From positions 513,177 to 577,176 of the forward strand of contig OZ251569.1 in NCBI GenBank assembly GCA_965243595.1: a stretch of 64,000 nt of DNA, in the 5' to 3' direction. Below, piece by piece: positions 9,566-19,895 of the stretch. The notes beneath the pieces are model-generated. The model ran no database searches, was not told the DNA's origin, and worked only from the letters and a program-made list of their open reading frames with translations. Numbering within the stretch: the stretch's first letter is position 1; each line of letters opens with the position of its first letter. The translations under genes were made by a program, and so were the position numbers. The stretch is from Thermodesulfobacteriota bacterium. Lineage in GTDB: Bacteria; Desulfobacterota_D; UBA1144; Nemesobacterales; Nemesobacteraceae.

Positions 9566-12262
9566 CTAAAGCCCTACAGAGTCGGTTTCCGCCTGTATCT
9601 GCGCGGCGACACGGGAACGAACCTGCTCATAGACCGCGATGCCCGATTCAATCTCCACCTCGAAACTGACGGCAATTGCATAGGGAACGGATTCATCATG
9701 CTTACCCGCCGTGTTGCGACAGGAAATATTGAGCATGAGATGTCCTTCATCAATCAGGTTTGTGGCGTTTCCCCCACATCTGCGCTCGTGCAGTATCGTT
9801 CCCCGCCTCACGGACCTGTCGCTCGGCTGATCTTGTTCCCGATGCGGAACCGGCCAGTATTTTTCACCGTTGCTGAAAGCTGTGTCCAAGGCCACCGCGC
9901 GGTACCCCTGATGCCTCATGTTGATCGGAGAGAACCACGCAAGCGTCAGCGTAAGGACGCGAGACGCCCGCAACCCGTCCAAGTCAGGGGGAAGGGGTAT
10001 CCGGTACAGCAAGGAGCTTTCAGGGTCTATCGTTCCCCAGCCCAGCAGCGTGGCGCGGTTCTCCGCACAACCTACGACACGGTCGATTCCAGGCACTCCG
10101 TATCCCAGCAGGCGGGCGATGTTGTCGCGTCTCTGGATATGTTTTCCCCGCCCCTGCGGTTCGAAAGTCGCGTCAAACTCCGAGCCCTTCGGTCCCCAGC
10201 GGGATCCGTGCACCAGCAGGGTTCTTACCGCCAGAGCCAGATACTCCTGCGGAATGTCCAAAAGGCTGGAATTGTCCTCGCCTTCGCCGGAAACGAGCAC
10301 GTCGTGAATCCTGTGCGCGGCTCTCGTGGCAAGAGCCGTCGCCACGCTGGTGCCGTGCGAGAACCTCTCCGCACGGTTGCTGCCCGATTTCCCCGGAGTC
10401 GCCACTTTTATTCCGAAGAACCGTTCCGAGCTTCTCGCCGGAGCGATTTTTATCGAGTCTTCGCCGGCCCGGCCCGAAAAACGTACCGGAGTCCTGCCTC
10501 CTTCCACCAGCAGGTCGGGTTTGACGGTTTTACGGTATCCCAGACCCATCGCCGAAACGATGCTCGGCAGCTCTTCGTCCGTGAAAGGGTCTACGAGACC
10601 TTGGTACCCGTGTCCGGCGAAGGCGGACCCCGAGTTCGCCGCACCGACGGTCAGAACGTTGATCGCTTCGGCCGGGGAAAGCAGCGTCCTGTGAATCTTG
10701 CTGTCGTTCACCGCATTGAGGATAAGTTTCTCGCGCAGGTCCGGAGACGCATTTTCCAGTTCCGCAAGAGTGCCGAATCCCGACACGACGAGTTGATCCG
10801 TCACGTTGCCGGCGCTTACCAGGAACTGCACCCCGTAGCGGTAAGCCAGGTGGTCGAGCAGGCGCGCGAGCGGACTCACGACTCCGGCGAAAGGGCGGCA
10901 CCTGTCTCCCAGCGACAGGTTGATCAAAATCACGTCCGGCGCCGAGGCCGGCTGCCCGCCGTCTCCTTCCTTTATGCGCTTCACCGCCCGGTAGACGACA
11001 TCTACGAACAACCGGTCCGGCAGCAGGCTTTCCGTCCCGCGGCCGTCCGGTCGCATTACGGGCAGCACGAAAAGGGGTCGCGGAATCGGCGGTTCTTCCC
11101 CGTTGAGGTCGCCGTGGATAATGAGGGACGACATTTCGGTTCCGTGCACCCGGTTTTCCACCAGGCAGACAGGTTCCAGGTCGTCGGGGTCGTCGATTAT
11201 CAGCCGTCCGGCGAGCCTGGCATGGTTTTGCGCCGGAAACCCGTCAAGCAAAGCCGCGACGGGCTTTCGTCGGCTTATATCCGGATCGGGGAAGATGTCC
11301 TCCTTCCCCTCTTCCTCTCCGTCTTCGGCGTCGTCTTTCGACGGTACGTGAGCTACGGATTGCGGACGCAGGAACATGATCTCGTCGGCCATGGCCAGCG
11401 TTATGTCCGGGTGATCGATCAGCCTTTGAACCTGGCCGGCAGGCACGTCAACCAATGCGGCGTGATAGCGGATATCCTGGATGACGGCGTGGTCGACGAT
11501 TTCCCCGCCGATGGAACCCACTTTTTCCTCCAGATCTCCGAAGCTGCGCCGCCGCCGCGAGCGGTCCTCGTAGTACCAGAGCTCGACCTCGAACCGAACG
11601 TCTTTTTCCGGATGTTCCTCAAGTTCCCCTCTCCAGAACGATACGGTCTCCGCCGGAACGCGGTCCTGCGGTCCCCACGGCCGCACCTCGATCAACAGCG
11701 AAAACAGTTCCTTCCACTGTCCCGTTCCATGCGGAAGCGGCTTTCCTTCGCGGAAAAGCTTCCAGAGTTTCAGAAGCTCTTTCAGCGACCGCTCGTCGGG
11801 CATGGCGAGATAAAGGCGGGCACTGATTTTCTTTTCCTGTCTTCTCTCGACACCCAGGTAGAAGTCGCCGGTGGGATCGACCTCTTCTTCTGACTCGCCG
11901 AGATATTCAAGCCCGAGTTTCCTGGCCTGCGCGTAAAAATCTCTCAGCGGTCCCGCGACCTCGAAAACGATCGCGCGTTCGGGGGCTATCGAGGACGGGT
12001 CGTCGCGCAAGCCCGCAAGCCCGTCCCGGTCTTCGAGGGCCTCGGTCAGTTTGCCGAACAGCGGGGCGAGGCGTTCCACCTGACGTTTGCGCGAAGGAGT
12101 CTGAAGATTGCTGACGAACCCTCTGCGATTCGCGGATTTTTCCGAAGGAGCGGGACTAGGAAGCCTGAGTAGGGGATATGCCTGCATGTTCCGTTTTTCG
12201 TTTCGTCGAGGGGGCGCGTTCGCGGGTTCTCCAGATTTCCAGCTGCTCCTTTGCGATTTCAT
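9566..12262 (-). CDS. S8-family subtilisin-like serine peptidase with a long N-terminal extension (IetS-like)
   Basis: Catalytic-triad contexts 'AALLDGFP' (Asp), 'VHGTEMSSLII' (His), 'ILINLSLG' (oxyanion Asn) and 'SHGTSVATALA' (Ser). 898 aa. Lies downstream of an AAA ATPase. The first ~100 nt overlap the upstream gene, so the start is probably an internal Met. Confidence 0.75.
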   Translation of the reverse strand: MKSQRSSWKSGEPANAPPRRNEKRNMQAYPLLRLPSPAPSEKSANRRGFVSNLQTPSRKRQVERLAPLFGKLTEALEDRDGLAGLRDDPSSIAPERAIVFEVAGPLRDFYAQARKLGLEYLGESEEEVDPTGDFYLGVERRQEKKISARLYLAMPDERSLKELLKLWKLFREGKPLPHGTGQWKELFSLLIEVRPWGPQDRVPAETVSFWRGELEEHPEKDVRFEVELWYYEDRSRRRRSFGDLEEKVGSIGGEIVDHAVIQDIRYHAALVDVPAGQVQRLIDHPDITLAMADEIMFLRPQSVAHVPSKDDAEDGEEEGKEDIFPDPDISRRKPVAALLDGFPAQNHARLAGRLIIDDPDDLEPVCLVENRVHGTEMSSLIIHGDLNGEEPPIPRPLFVLPVMRPDGRGTESLLPDRLFVDVVYRAVKRIKEGDGGQPASAPDVILINLSLGDRCRPFAGVVSPLARLLDHLAYRYGVQFLVSAGNVTDQLVVSGFGTLAELENASPDLREKLILNAVNDSKIHRTLLSPAEAINVLTVGAANSGSAFAGHGYQGLVDPFTDEELPSIVSAMGLGYRKTVKPDLLVEGGRTPVRFSGRAGEDSIKIAPARSSERFFGIKVATPGKSGSNRAERFSHGTSVATALATRAAHRIHDVLVSGEGEDNSSLLDIPQEYLALAVRTLLVHGSRWGPKGSEFDATFEPQGRGKHIQRRDNIARLLGYGVPGIDRVVGCAENRATLLGWGTIDPESSLLYRIPLPPDLDGLRASRVLTLTLAWFSPINMRHQGYRAVALDTAFSNGEKYWPVPHREQDQPSDRSVRRGTILHERRCGGNATNLIDEGHLMLNISCRNTAGKHDESVPYAIAVSFEVEIESGIAVYEQVRSRVAAQIQAETDSVGL

Positions 12263-13187
12263 TCGCGGAACGCCCGCCGAGCGCGAGAACCTGACGACGG
12301 ACGAGGTCGAGAAAAAACTGCTCCGCTTCTCCGTAGCTCAGCCCCCCGAGTTTTCCGGCCGCGAGCCGGGGGGATATTCCCAGTTCCACGCCGGCGCGGT
12401 CGGCGAGGGTTTCCAGAAAAGCGGCGGTCTGATTCCGGTTCGGCGCCGGCAGGGACAGCCGCAGCTCGAATCTTCTCCACACGGCGCGGTCGAGCAGTTC
12501 CGGATGGTTCGTGGCGGCGATGACGACGACGTAGCTGGGGAGTTCGTCGACCTGCATGAGCAGCGACGTCACAACGCGTTTTATCTCGCCCGTCTCGTGC
12601 CTGTCGCCGCGCTCCTTGCCCACGGCGTCGAATTCGTCGAAAAAAAGTACGCACGGAGTCGTGCGCGCGTAGTCGAAGACATGCTTCAGCCTGCCCGCCG
12701 TCTCGCCCAGGAAACTGCCTATCATCGTTTCGTAGCGCACGACGAAAAACGGCACGGCGAGACTTTCCGCGACGGCCTCGGCCAGCGAGGTCTTTCCGTT
12801 GCCGGGCGGGCCGACGAGCAGGACGCTGTGTCTCGGCTCGACGGAGTGGGAGCGCAGGACGTCGGCTCTCGCCTGTTCTTCGATCAGCTGGTCGACGGCC
12901 GTTCTCGTCGATTCGGGCAGGAAAAGTTCCCCGAGCTCCCTTGCGGGTTTTATCTCCGCCATGAAGTTCCGCGCTTTCGTCGAGACCGCGTCGTACGCAC
13001 CCCCGTTTCGGTGGAATTTTCCGTTTCCGTTCGAAGATGCTAGAAGACGCTCCAGACGGTCGGCGAGAATATTGTGTCGCTTGGCGCGTTCCTCGGCGAT
13101 TATTCTTTCCACGGTTTCCCTGAAAACTTTTCCGTCGCCGCTCCCGCCGGACTTCACCAAGCTGATCAGAAGGTCGCTTCTAGGCAT
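12156..13187 (-). CDS. Classical AAA+ ATPase (IetA-like), upstream partner of the S8 peptidase
   Basis: Walker A 'GPPGNGKT', Walker B 'VLFFDEFD' and second region of homology 'VVVIAATNHPELLDRAVWRRFE'. 343 aa. Confidence 0.85.
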   Translation of the reverse strand: MPRSDLLISLVKSGGSGDGKVFRETVERIIAEERAKRHNILADRLERLLASSNGNGKFHRNGGAYDAVSTKARNFMAEIKPARELGELFLPESTRTAVDQLIEEQARADVLRSHSVEPRHSVLLVGPPGNGKTSLAEAVAESLAVPFFVVRYETMIGSFLGETAGRLKHVFDYARTTPCVLFFDEFDAVGKERGDRHETGEIKRVVTSLLMQVDELPSYVVVIAATNHPELLDRAVWRRFELRLSLPAPNRNQTAAFLETLADRAGVELGISPRLAAGKLGGLSYGEAEQFFLDLVRRQVLALGGRSANEIAKEQLEIWRTRERAPSTKRKTEHAGISPTQAS

Positions 13188-14186
13188 CTCCGGTTCTCCC
13201 TGTCGTTTCGATCATCATGGAACCAACGGCCAGCCGCCCCGATGGTCCGAAGCGACGCCCGACGATTATCATTGTATAACACCAACGAGCCGCGGGCAAG
13301 AAATTTATGCGAGACCGACGCGGCAAGGGGTCAGGTCTTTTTGAGGAAACAGCATCCGCCCCTCCGCCGAGACACGACGCGGTCCGGCGGACAAAAAACT
13401 CCTGATTTCTTCTCCGCGAGACGCCCGTCTGGAACAAAGGACCGTCACATCCTCCAGATGCGGGGGAAGCCGGAAGACTCTCCCGGCCGTCGGCACTGGA
13501 CCGACGACTCCCGGCCCGCAGAGATTATCTCCGTCGTCTCAATCCCGTTTTCCGTTTTTCGAGTGAGAGGAGACCGGCATCCGTTCGAACTGGCGGCGGA
13601 AACCTTTCCTCCAGTCCACCGCACATAAGCCTAAGGCTTTCGGGTGGGGATGTCCGTATCGATTTCCCACACCCGCGCTTATCAGGACGACCCTGGAGAA
13701 ATAAAAGGAATGGTCTCCGCGCAGAGTCCGCTTTCTGACCCGTGATGAGGAGCCGCCATGACATCGGAGCTCATGAATTTCGGCCGCCTGCCCCTGCTTC
13801 TGAGAATTTCCAGAATCTTCAGGGTCTCCCAGGTCGACCGATTGCGGCTCAGAGCGGAAGCGTCGCCGCGGTCGTAAGCGAAACGAACGAACTCCGGGCA
13901 GGTGAACACGGACGCGCAGCAGAAATCGGCGGACGAGCAATGGCCGACCACCTTGGACAGCTCGGCAACGTGATCGTCGCGTCAATGAGAAGCGAACACG
14001 AGCGAGACCTGTGTCGAGAGATTGACCCCGATTCCTCTCAGGTACGATACGGCGGAACTCCGGGCAAGATGCGGAGTTTCCTTTTCGAGACAGGAATCGA
14101 CGATCATCCACTCGCCCCAGCCGACGTGAACGACCACCGACTCGCCGTAGCACGTGCCGACCAGCGAAACCTCCGCGACGTCCGGC

Positions 14187-14342
14187 CACGTCGAACTTTC
14201 CCTGAACTTCCTTTCCCGAAGGAAGAGTGAACACTCCGGCGAACATACGGTTCTCCAGGGCGAAAAACAGGGGATTCTCAAGATCGACGGGTGTCGACTG
14301 CCCGGCAACCGTCGGCTTGTCCGAATCGTCTGCCAAAATTTC
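14187..14342 (-). repeat. ~155-bp dispersed repeat, copy 2. Here it is fused out of frame to a fragment homologous to the start of the 387-aa gene family.
   Basis: Same sequence as 9246–9400. Downstream in the +1 frame it encodes 'DVAEVSLVGTCYGESVVVHVGWGEW...', which matches the fragment at 28727–28800. Confidence 0.8.
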
Positions 14343-14517
14343 TCCTTCGCAACATCTTAACATATCGGTCGAAGCCGTTCGCAAAACCGCCGTCATGAGT
14401 GGCGACAGCACCGATCTTGCGGTAAACTGCTCGAAAGACAATAATACGTCGGGCCGTCAAAGGCGCGTTGCGCGCGAGGAAGTCCCGAATTGTCGTCTCG
14501 CAAGGAAAACATGTTCA

Positions 14518-14844
14518 ATGAGCATCAATATCTCGGAACACTCTTTTGAAGGGCCCCATCCATGCGACGGCAATTCTCTGCGACGCTTGCCGGGCGTGTA
14601 CGTAATTCTCGGACTGAATTACGGCAACAGGTGGGAAGTCGTAGACGTAGGCGAAGCGCGAGACATCCGGAACCGAATCGCATCCCACGAACGCGGGGCT
14701 TGCTGGCGCGCGCAGGATCTGGCCAGTCTTTCGGTAGCGGTTCTCTACACCGACAGGCATCCCTATCGCTATAACGAACATCGGCGAATGCGTTTAGAGG
14801 CGAGAATCAGGAGAGAATACAATCCGCCTTGCGGCTTCAGGTAA
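14518..14844 (+). CDS. Small GIY-YIG-like nuclease-domain protein (~108 aa)
   Basis: 'GVYVILGLNYGNRWEVVDVGEARDIRNRIASHERG' fits the GIY-(10–11 aa)-YIG...R...H/E pattern. ATG at 14518 inside a longer ORF. Confidence 0.4.
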   Translation: MSINISEHSFEGPHPCDGNSLRRLPGVYVILGLNYGNRWEVVDVGEARDIRNRIASHERGACWRAQDLASLSVAVLYTDRHPYRYNEHRRMRLEARIRREYNPPCGFR

Positions 14845-15165
14845 GGACGGAGCGGGAAAGCGGCGGAGATCACGCGTGAAACGACCCTTGACGCGATCTT
14901 TTCTGAAAAGCCGGCTCACAGGGTCCCGAGGAATTGATGTTCAACTTCACGTTTCCCACATTCAACAAAGAGCATGTGGCTTGGCTTCGTGAAGGCCTGG
15001 TTTCCTGGAACAAAAGACGCGAAGAACAAGATTTCATTCCATACTTTGACGGCGCAGACCTCAAAAAGGAGCTCCAAGGAGCACCGTACCCGCCCCAAGA
15101 AGAAACCCTTGACTCGGGCTTGGGATACGGCCAGATAGACATGTCAGGACCATAAGCCACAAACT

Positions 15166-16188
15166 TCAGTTTGGAACGGGAGCGTTTGTCGACGGCTCAG
15201 CATGTACGCCCGGAAGGCGGTCGTTGATGGCAATGGACAGTTCCCGTCCGTGATTTCTGGTGTTGTCCGTGACGACCGTCTTCGCTCCCGTCGCTTCGAC
15301 AAACGCGAGCGTCCCCTCGAAATCGGCGTGGTTGGACAGCGCGACGCGGTAGGCCCTGTCCGAAAATTCCAACAGCGGATTATCAGGGTCAACCATAAAC
15401 GCACTGCAGGTCACGCTCGTCCCCTCGATCAGTTCGTTGCCGAAACCGTCGCCCTTTGAATACAACCGCACGTAGGACCGTTCCTTTGTCGCGAACCGCC
15501 CGGTCTCCGAATCCAGCGCTTCCAGGACGCCAACCGCGAACCCGTGCTCCCGATACACCTTTATTTCTCTCATGAGGCGTTCGCTGGCCAGAATCGGAAC
15601 GTTCAATTCAGGCCCGAGAACCTGAAGTACGCGTTCGATGGTTCCTCTGTGAGCCCTGATGTGCACAGAGCCGTGGCGCAGGCGGCTGCATACCACTTCC
15701 AGGAGACGTTCCTCGGCCTCGGCCTGCGTGTACCGTCGAACGCTTCTCGGACTTCCGTAGGTGCTGTCCACGACGAGCTGATCGACCTGTATCACGTCGT
15801 CAAGCGGCCAGCCGAAGTCGCCGGAATAGCCGCACAGCGTGCCGTCGGGGAGCGTGAGCGAGACCTGGCACGACCCGAGCATGTGACCGGACGGCGGAAG
15901 AGTCAGCACAGAGCCGTCTTCGAGAACGCGCTCGCCGCCCCGGTCGACCGGTATGAGGTTGTCGCGGTATTCCAGGTCGGCGTCATGCTCGGCGATAAGA
16001 AGCGAAAGAGTCTCCGGACTCATGAACAGGTCCTGCTGTCCCTTGCTCCTGTTGAAATCCCCCATGTGGTCGTCGTGGACATGCGTCTGGATCCGAACCG
16101 CGCAGTCCCCCGCGTAGCCGTCGCAGACGGTCCTCGGTCCGAGACGCACCGCGCCGTTTCCGAGGACGTCAACGACCGGACGCGCCAT
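15166..16188 (-). CDS. Metallo-beta-lactamase-fold hydrolase/nuclease
   Basis: 'HVHDDHMGD' is an HxHxDH motif. 340 aa. Last gene of a three-gene minus-strand operon. Confidence 0.75.
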   Translation of the reverse strand: MARPVVDVLGNGAVRLGPRTVCDGYAGDCAVRIQTHVHDDHMGDFNRSKGQQDLFMSPETLSLLIAEHDADLEYRDNLIPVDRGGERVLEDGSVLTLPPSGHMLGSCQVSLTLPDGTLCGYSGDFGWPLDDVIQVDQLVVDSTYGSPRSVRRYTQAEAEERLLEVVCSRLRHGSVHIRAHRGTIERVLQVLGPELNVPILASERLMREIKVYREHGFAVGVLEALDSETGRFATKERSYVRLYSKGDGFGNELIEGTSVTCSAFMVDPDNPLLEFSDRAYRVALSNHADFEGTLAFVEATGAKTVVTDNTRNHGRELSIAINDRLPGVHAEPSTNAPVPN

Positions 16189-16891
16189 TGTTCACGGTCT
16201 CCGAGATATGGCTCCGAAGCAGGGCCTCAACGTTTTCCTTCCCGACATCCAGCATGGAGACGTTGAAACGCTCGTCGCCGACGAGCGTGAAGAATCTGGC
16301 GCCCAGACGGCCGGTCGCCCCCTGAAGGTTAAACCGCTCGATGCCCGATTTCAGAACAGAATCCTTGGCCGCCTGCGTCAGGCCTCCGAGACGCGCAACG
16401 TCCTCCTCCGCCACCGAGCCGATAAAAACGTAGCGTCTCTCGACGACCGTACGCATGCGCAGAACTTCGTCTACGCACTCTTCTACGGAGCGCCCCGAAC
16501 GCTTTCGGAGCTGTGCCACCTGGCGGACTTCCCTGCTGTTGAGTCCCTTCGAAAGTATGACTTCGGCAACGGCCCGCTGGTCTTCGGGATCCGGGAATTT
16601 CGCCAGCTCGACGGCCGACGTGAAGCCGATGAACCCTTTCCCCGCGCCCCAGTCGACCAGGTGTCGAACATCCTCGGGCAGTTTCAGGATGCGCAGGAAA
16701 CGACCGATGTGCCCCGTACCGTCGAGCCGGACCGCCTCGGCGCAATCCTCCAGGGAGGTCCCTTCGTCGCGGGCCTTGCGAAGAAGCAGGCCCACCTCCA
16801 CCGGAGACAGCGGCCGACCCTTCTTTTGCCTTCCGTATCCGACGGACATGCGAAGACGCCCGAGATCCATGGCGTTCAAGCCGGCCAGCAT
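16169..16891 (-). CDS. ParB-like HTH domain protein (start taken at an internal Met 5 nt after the upstream stop)
   Basis: 'LSPVEVGLLLRKARDEGTSLEDCAEAV...GHIGRFLRILKLPEDVRHLVDWGA' resembles the ParB central HTH, as in 'RLLKLPeeVqelv'. Confidence 0.5.
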   Translation of the reverse strand: MLAGLNAMDLGRLRMSVGYGRQKKGRPLSPVEVGLLLRKARDEGTSLEDCAEAVRLDGTGHIGRFLRILKLPEDVRHLVDWGAGKGFIGFTSAVELAKFPDPEDQRAVAEVILSKGLNSREVRQVAQLRKRSGRSVEECVDEVLRMRTVVERRYVFIGSVAEEDVARLGGLTQAAKDSVLKSGIERFNLQGATGRLGARFFTLVGDERFNVSMLDVGKENVEALLRSHISETVNNGASGR

Positions 16892-16896
16892 CCGTT

Positions 16897-17382
16897 CTAC
16901 TCCTCGAGGAATCCCCTGTCCGTCAGGGACTGCTCGATCAGCATGGCCGCCGCTTCGTCCTGGTTGGCCCCTTCCTCCGCAGCGAATCTCCGCAGCGCCG
17001 CATGCGTATCCTGGGTCACCGTCGCGATGATCTGCGTCACTTTCCCCCCGCTCTTCGCCCACTCGATCACATCCTCAACCGGCTTGTCCGGATCCTTTCT
17101 GATCTCGCTGACGACTTTTTTGCGCTGGACATCCGTCATCGGCGCCATTTCCCGCGCGAGCCTGACCGCGCGCCCGGTGTCAACGTTTCCGTCCCGTTCC
17201 ACCGACGAGTCCTGCGCCCTCACGGCGACGTTGACGTCAACCTTGTGGTCGTCGACAAGAGCCTTCAGCTCGGGGACGAGCCGGGGGTACTTCACGTAGT
17301 CGCGCACCTTGTTCTCCGACAGTCCCGTGGTCCGGGCCACATCGGGAACGCTCCCGTAGATATTGTACCCCGTATTATTCAT
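16897..17382 (-). CDS. Small ParB-like HTH domain protein
   Basis: 'VPDVARTTGLSENKVRDYVKYPRLVPELKALVDDHKVDVNVAVRA' is ParB-HTH-like. First gene of the operon that contains the metallo-beta-lactamase-fold gene. Confidence 0.45.
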   Translation of the reverse strand: MNNTGYNIYGSVPDVARTTGLSENKVRDYVKYPRLVPELKALVDDHKVDVNVAVRAQDSSVERDGNVDTGRAVRLAREMAPMTDVQRKKVVSEIRKDPDKPVEDVIEWAKSGGKVTQIIATVTQDTHAALRRFAAEEGANQDEAAAMLIEQSLTDRGFLEE

Positions 17383-17580
17383 GAAGACACATTGGGAGTC
17401 ATGTTTGGAGTTTTTTTTGGTGCGAAGCGGTCGGTTGCAACAAGTTATGGGGTTTTCGGCAAGCCGGACTTGAGGATTTCGTAAAAAAAGGGGGGAAGTT
17501 CCCGATTTCGGCGTTTTCGGGACGCACCTCTCCCGCTCCCACCTGTTCGACTGTCCGGATTTATGGATTGCGATTCGGTA

Positions 17581-18282
17581 TCAGCCGCCCACCCAGCGCA
17601 CCCTGTCCATCATCGTCCACAACTTGTTCCAGTGCCCCGCGGCACAGGACGCTATGACGAAGTAAAGCCTGCGCGCATGACGCACCACGCGCGAAGCCAC
17701 GAGCAGCACTCGCTCCCTGAACCTGCGCAGACTCCAGCCTCTCTGCTCCACCTCCGGTTCCTCTATCACCGGATTACGGATACTGGACAGAATGTCCGGA
17801 GCCGCCTCTTCTTCTATCCATTGATGAAGGATGTCCGCTTTCCGTGCTTTTTCCGCTTCCTCCATCATGCGCCTTCCTATGTTCATGAACTGGTAGGAAA
17901 GCACAGAGAACAAAAACAGCGCCTCGTTGCGGGGATGAACTCCTTCTCTCTCCACGGGCGCGCAGGGCTCGAGCGCCCGCCCGCCGTAATGACTCTTCGG
18001 TCGGTCGGAGCAGGGAAGACCGGAGTGAACCACATTCTTGAATTCCCCTATGTGCCCCTCCGCCTTGCCGCGACGACGATACAGGGCCAACACCTGATCA
18101 GCATCGTGGGTGTCGCAACTCAAGCTGGTCACCAGCCAGAAGTGTTCGGGAAACAGCTTGCCCGCTCTGCGAACCACTACCAGCACCACCCGCCTCTCCC
18201 TCTCCCACGACTCTGCCTTGTAGGGCATGTTGTAACACTGCATCCACACACCGGGAGGAAGATACAGATAGGGCGCGGCCAT
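17581..18282 (-). pseudogene. IS4/IS1380-like DDE transposase, C-terminal fragment
   Basis: '...ADQVLALYRRRGKAEGHIGEFKN' matches the C-terminal conserved block of DDE_Tnp_1 transposases. The N-terminal catalytic half is missing. An IS1182-family element lies immediately upstream. Confidence 0.55.
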
Positions 18283-18299
18283 CCTCTCGAGTCTGGCGT

Positions 18300-19850
18300 T
18301 GGACTTGAGTCTGTCGGACTTTAGCGTCTATGTTCAATCGAGGTAAAATAAGAGAATCACAAGAACTACAGGAGAGAGAAGCATGCCTGAATTCGTTACG
18401 TTTGATCGGTCCACGCCAAGCATGTTGCCCGCGAGGGTGGATGATTACGTGCCCCAAGGGCATCTGGCCCGTTTCGTAGTGGAGATAGTGGCGCAACTGG
18501 ACCTGAGCGATTTGACGGAGGCGTATTCGGGCAGGGGTTCCAGGGCGTATCATCCTTCCATGATGGTAGCCTTGCTGTTTTACGGATATGCCACGGGGAC
18601 ATTTTCCAGTCGCAAGCTTGAGCAGGCTACATACGACAGCATTGCGTACAGGTATATCTGCGCCAACAACCATCCCGACCACGACAGCATAAACAGTTTC
18701 CGCAAGAGGTTTTTGGAGCAGCTTGAGGGGTTGTTCGGGCAGATTCTCGTGATGGCTCACGCGATGGGGATTCTCAAGATGGGGACGGTGAGTCTGGACG
18801 GCACGAAGATAAAGGCCAACGCGTCGAGACGCAAGAACTTGAGCTGGAAGCAGATACGCAAGGTGGACAAGCGCATACGCAGGGAGATAAAGGAGCTTAT
18901 GCGTAAGGCACAGGAGGCGGACAACAGCGAGAGTCCCGACGGAATAGACATTCCCGAGGAGTTAAACAGTCGCAGTGAGCGTCTTGAGGCTTTGAGCGAC
19001 GCGAAGCGGGAGCTTGAGCGCAGAGCGGAGCACAGATACGAACGAGAGAGAAAGCAGTATGAGGAGAAGATGGAAGAGCGCAGGGCCAAGGAACGACGCG
19101 ACGGGCGCAAGATACCAGGCCCCAAACCCAGGGAGCCTCAGCCCGGGCCGACGGACAAGGACAGGGTTAATCTTACGGATGAGCAGTCACGGATCATGTC
19201 GGTGAGCACTGGAGGATACGAGCAGAGTTACAACGTTCAGGCGATGGTGGACACCGAGAGCCGGATGATAGTGGGCAGGCACGTGACGCACAACGGCAAC
19301 GACAAGCGGGAGATGGAGCCTGCCCTTGAGCAGCTGGCAGAGGCGGAGAGGCTGGTGGGGGAGGCGGACAATCTTTTGGCCGACGCGGGTTACTACAGCA
19401 AAAAGAACGTGGAGGCTTGCACAGAGCACGGGGTCAGGCCGGTGATTTCCATACGCAACGAGAGGAGAGGTCACAAGTCGGCAAAGCCGCCCAAAGCCGT
19501 TGCGAAGAACAAGACGGCAGTGGATGAGATGAAGGAGCTTCTGGAGACGGAGGAAGGCAAGGCGTTATACGCCAGGCGCAAAAGCACTGTGGAACCGATG
19601 TTCGGAGTGATAAAACACGTGCTGGGGTTTGGCCGGTTTTTTATGCGAGGGATCAAGGCTGTGAGCAGGGAGTGGAGTCTGGTATGTATAGGCTACAACC
19701 TGAAGAAGATGTTCACATTGAGGACGAATTAGAGAGGGAGGAGGCAAAAACGGGAGAATAGACGGCAACGCACACGCAAAAACGGACAATATACTGCCAA
19801 GGTATCACGCCGTCTTGAACAAAACGACTGGTTCTCGATGTCAAACAGCT
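18300..19850 (+). mobile_element. IS1182-family (IS5 superfamily) insertion sequence; ends approximate
   Basis: Contains an intact transposase gene. Clear inverted repeats were not resolved by eye, only a weak 'atcgag' match at the two ends. Confidence 0.55.
18383..19732 (+). CDS. IS1182-family transposase
   Basis: N-terminal transposase_31/DUF772-like region, then 'DAGYYS' and 'VEPMFGVIKHVLGF' DDE-domain blocks. 449 aa. Confidence 0.85.
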   Translation: MPEFVTFDRSTPSMLPARVDDYVPQGHLARFVVEIVAQLDLSDLTEAYSGRGSRAYHPSMMVALLFYGYATGTFSSRKLEQATYDSIAYRYICANNHPDHDSINSFRKRFLEQLEGLFGQILVMAHAMGILKMGTVSLDGTKIKANASRRKNLSWKQIRKVDKRIRREIKELMRKAQEADNSESPDGIDIPEELNSRSERLEALSDAKRELERRAEHRYERERKQYEEKMEERRAKERRDGRKIPGPKPREPQPGPTDKDRVNLTDEQSRIMSVSTGGYEQSYNVQAMVDTESRMIVGRHVTHNGNDKREMEPALEQLAEAERLVGEADNLLADAGYYSKKNVEACTEHGVRPVISIRNERRGHKSAKPPKAVAKNKTAVDEMKELLETEEGKALYARRKSTVEPMFGVIKHVLGFGRFFMRGIKAVSREWSLVCIGYNLKKMFTLRTN

Positions 19851-19895
19851 CCAATCAGGCTAATCTGCCTCGTCCGTTAGCAAAGTCCGACAGAC

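Noticed and set aside
9509-11893. 794-aa plus-strand ORF antisense to the S8 peptidase gene
   Set aside because: Arg/Gly/Pro-rich, typical of spurious antisense ORFs in high-GC DNA. The opposite strand has clear S8 catalytic motifs.
12108-13043. 311-aa plus-strand ORF and several Arg-rich ORFs overlapping the AAA ATPase gene
   Set aside because: No motifs and biased composition. The minus-strand gene has complete Walker A/B/SRH motifs.
13200-13980. Several 60–300-aa ORFs between the ietA-like start and repeat copy 2, including the 300-aa ORF 13539..14441
   Set aside because: The frames are open mainly because of GC bias. The 300-aa ORF is a read-through that merely passes over the repeat. 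The region is treated as degenerate or non-coding.
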